Shown here: positions 62,397 to 64,000 of the stretch, one piece after another
How the letters are laid out: every line of letters begins with the position of its first letter
Numbering within the stretch: the stretch's first letter is position 1
NCBI RefSeq assembly: GCF_026210795.1
Contig: NC_089429.1
Location: 2,604,001 to 2,668,000, forward strand
DNA length: 64,000 nt
From: Rhizophagus irregularis
Taxonomy: Eukaryota
Reading direction: 5' to 3'
Program-made: the position numbers and the translations under genes
Notes under the pieces: model-generated
Databases searched by the model: none
The model's input: the letters and a program-made list of their open reading frames with translations, nothing else
Told to the model about the DNA's origin: nothing

Positions 62397-64000
62397 ATAA
62401 ATCCACAGAATCAAATGCTTTTGAAATGTCTTGAGAAAGAATCCATAAGGGTTGTTTAGTAACTACCGAATCATGGATGATGGATTCCAGAGTAATAATA
62501 GGATCACGGCAGGACCCTCCAGGTAAACCTGCAAAATTACCGCCTTAGAGAACATGGTGAGAGGCAAGCAAAGGAGCGAGACGATTGTAAAAAAGTTTAA
62601 CCAAAGCCTTACGAATCACCTCCAGTAAAGTGATAGGACGTGTATTTTTAAGTTGGCATTTCCATTCATGCGGTTTAGGAATAGGAAAAACAGTAGCTTG
62701 TCTCCATAAATCAGGGATATTTGCTTCTGATAAACAAGCACAAATTAAGTTGAAAAGCAAGGTAGAAGCAGAAGGGCCTAGGTGTTTTAACATCTCGTAC
62801 GAGATCATAGAAGGACCTGGGGTTTTATCGTTAGGCATGAATGAAATTGTTGAGTACCATTCATCAAGGGTAGGAGGATCCATTAGTGAATCAAAAATAG
62901 CTGGAGAAACATCAGCAAGTGGTGTATAAGTTTTAGACCATCGATCAGGCAAATCCTGTATGGAAGAAGGAGGAGTAGAAGTAATTGGAACAAAATTTTG
63001 AAAATGATCAATAACTTCTTGATCAATAGCATCTGGAAAAGTTAATAAAGTAGGGTGTGTTGGATGATCAATAAAAACACGGTTAAGAACTATTCGTCGT
63101 CTGGTTCGTGACAAAGAAGACTCAATAAAAGTGGAAATATCATTGGTAAAGTTATCATTCCGAGCATCAATCTTTGCCTGAATAGAGGAAGCTTGGAATT
63201 CTTTTCTTTAAGCAAAAGTAGGCTTCGCAAAAGCAGAGTCATATTCTCTATTATTTGAAGTAAGTTAACAAAATCATCAATTCTTGCATCTCGAAGAAGG
63301 GGAGGAAGGATAATAGGTGTAACAAATGTTTGTTTATAAAGGGATAAAAGATTATTAAGACGTATATAATATGAGGACCATTTGGTTTCATGATGAATAG
63401 AATATGATGTAGGAGTCTTATGAAGGGAACGGATAGTCTTAGCCACGTTAGACAAAAATCTATAAGACTGGCATAAACTTTCCAAGTCTTTAGGCTTTTT
63501 TGGAACATAGGTGTTGTCCACAGTAACTGAGGGTAAGGCGGAATTAGCAGCCTTGATAATCCTAGAATAAAGATATTCACACTTCTGATTGAGAGGCCAA
63601 GCGTCAAAAATAAGTGGATCAATTGGACATAATTTATCCAAATCATCAGCAAAGACAGTCCACTGTTCAGTAGAAATAGAATCATATTTAAAAACACGTC
63701 GAGTATTGCGACCAAGTTGACGAGCTCGTGCAGATTTAATAGCATCTGATAATAATGAAACATCAAAATATGTAATAATAGGGTTATGGTCAGAAATGTG
63801 TAAATCATGAGCATCAAAAATAGAAGCTGTTAACATATATTGGCGAAGAAGTGGACAAGACCAAACAAAGTCAATACGGGTAATAGTATCCAAATGATGA
63901 TAAGTACCTAAGGTACCGGATAAATTAAGGGGGGTGCAATCCTCATAATTATGAGAAAGCAAATAGTGAAACAATTTGTGAATTCGTTTAGCAGCAACCT

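Larger units (their letters stand above)
56599..64000 (-). mobile_element. Non-LTR retrotransposon (APE endonuclease-RT-RNase H-Zn finger), degraded, runs off the window end
   Basis: APE TRIDFVW...SDHNPI; RT KTPGPS, RPITLLE, QDISKAFDSVD, GIDQGEVISPLLW, FMDD, FLGVW; RNase H YTDGS/RAEAAAI/TDSQ/KVKAHS/NDFAD; CRSC..EDFMHLFLC; frameshifts and three nested MITEs. Confidence 0.92.

Overview
Very AT-rich, intron-containing eukaryotic DNA. Gene families and intron style point to an arbuscular mycorrhizal fungus (Glomeromycotina, Rhizophagus-like); this is inferred, not proven. The window has three compartments. (1) About 1-19.7 kb is accessory. It holds three intact intronless F-box/LRR-like 'MACSKIFSG' paralogs and two decayed copies, several MITEs, a probable DIRS-gag relic, and two non-coding retroposon-like insertions next to (TA)n tracts. 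(2) About 20-49.7 kb is gene-dense core: GWT1, two tandem BTB/POZ genes, a ~2500-aa kinesin, YTP1, a two-finger GATA factor with an in-frame stop after finger 2, a chromodomain protein, a Cep192/Spd-2-like ASH-domain protein, a small orphan gene, a P-loop ATPase and GSH1. (3) About 50-64 kb is a nested TE cluster. CACTG MITEs precede a decayed repeat-family gene that is split by a solo LTR and a MITE. The MITE is cut by an APE-RT-RNaseH LINE, which itself carries three MITEs, one from the same family it inserted into. All calls come from reading the sequence; no database searches were run.
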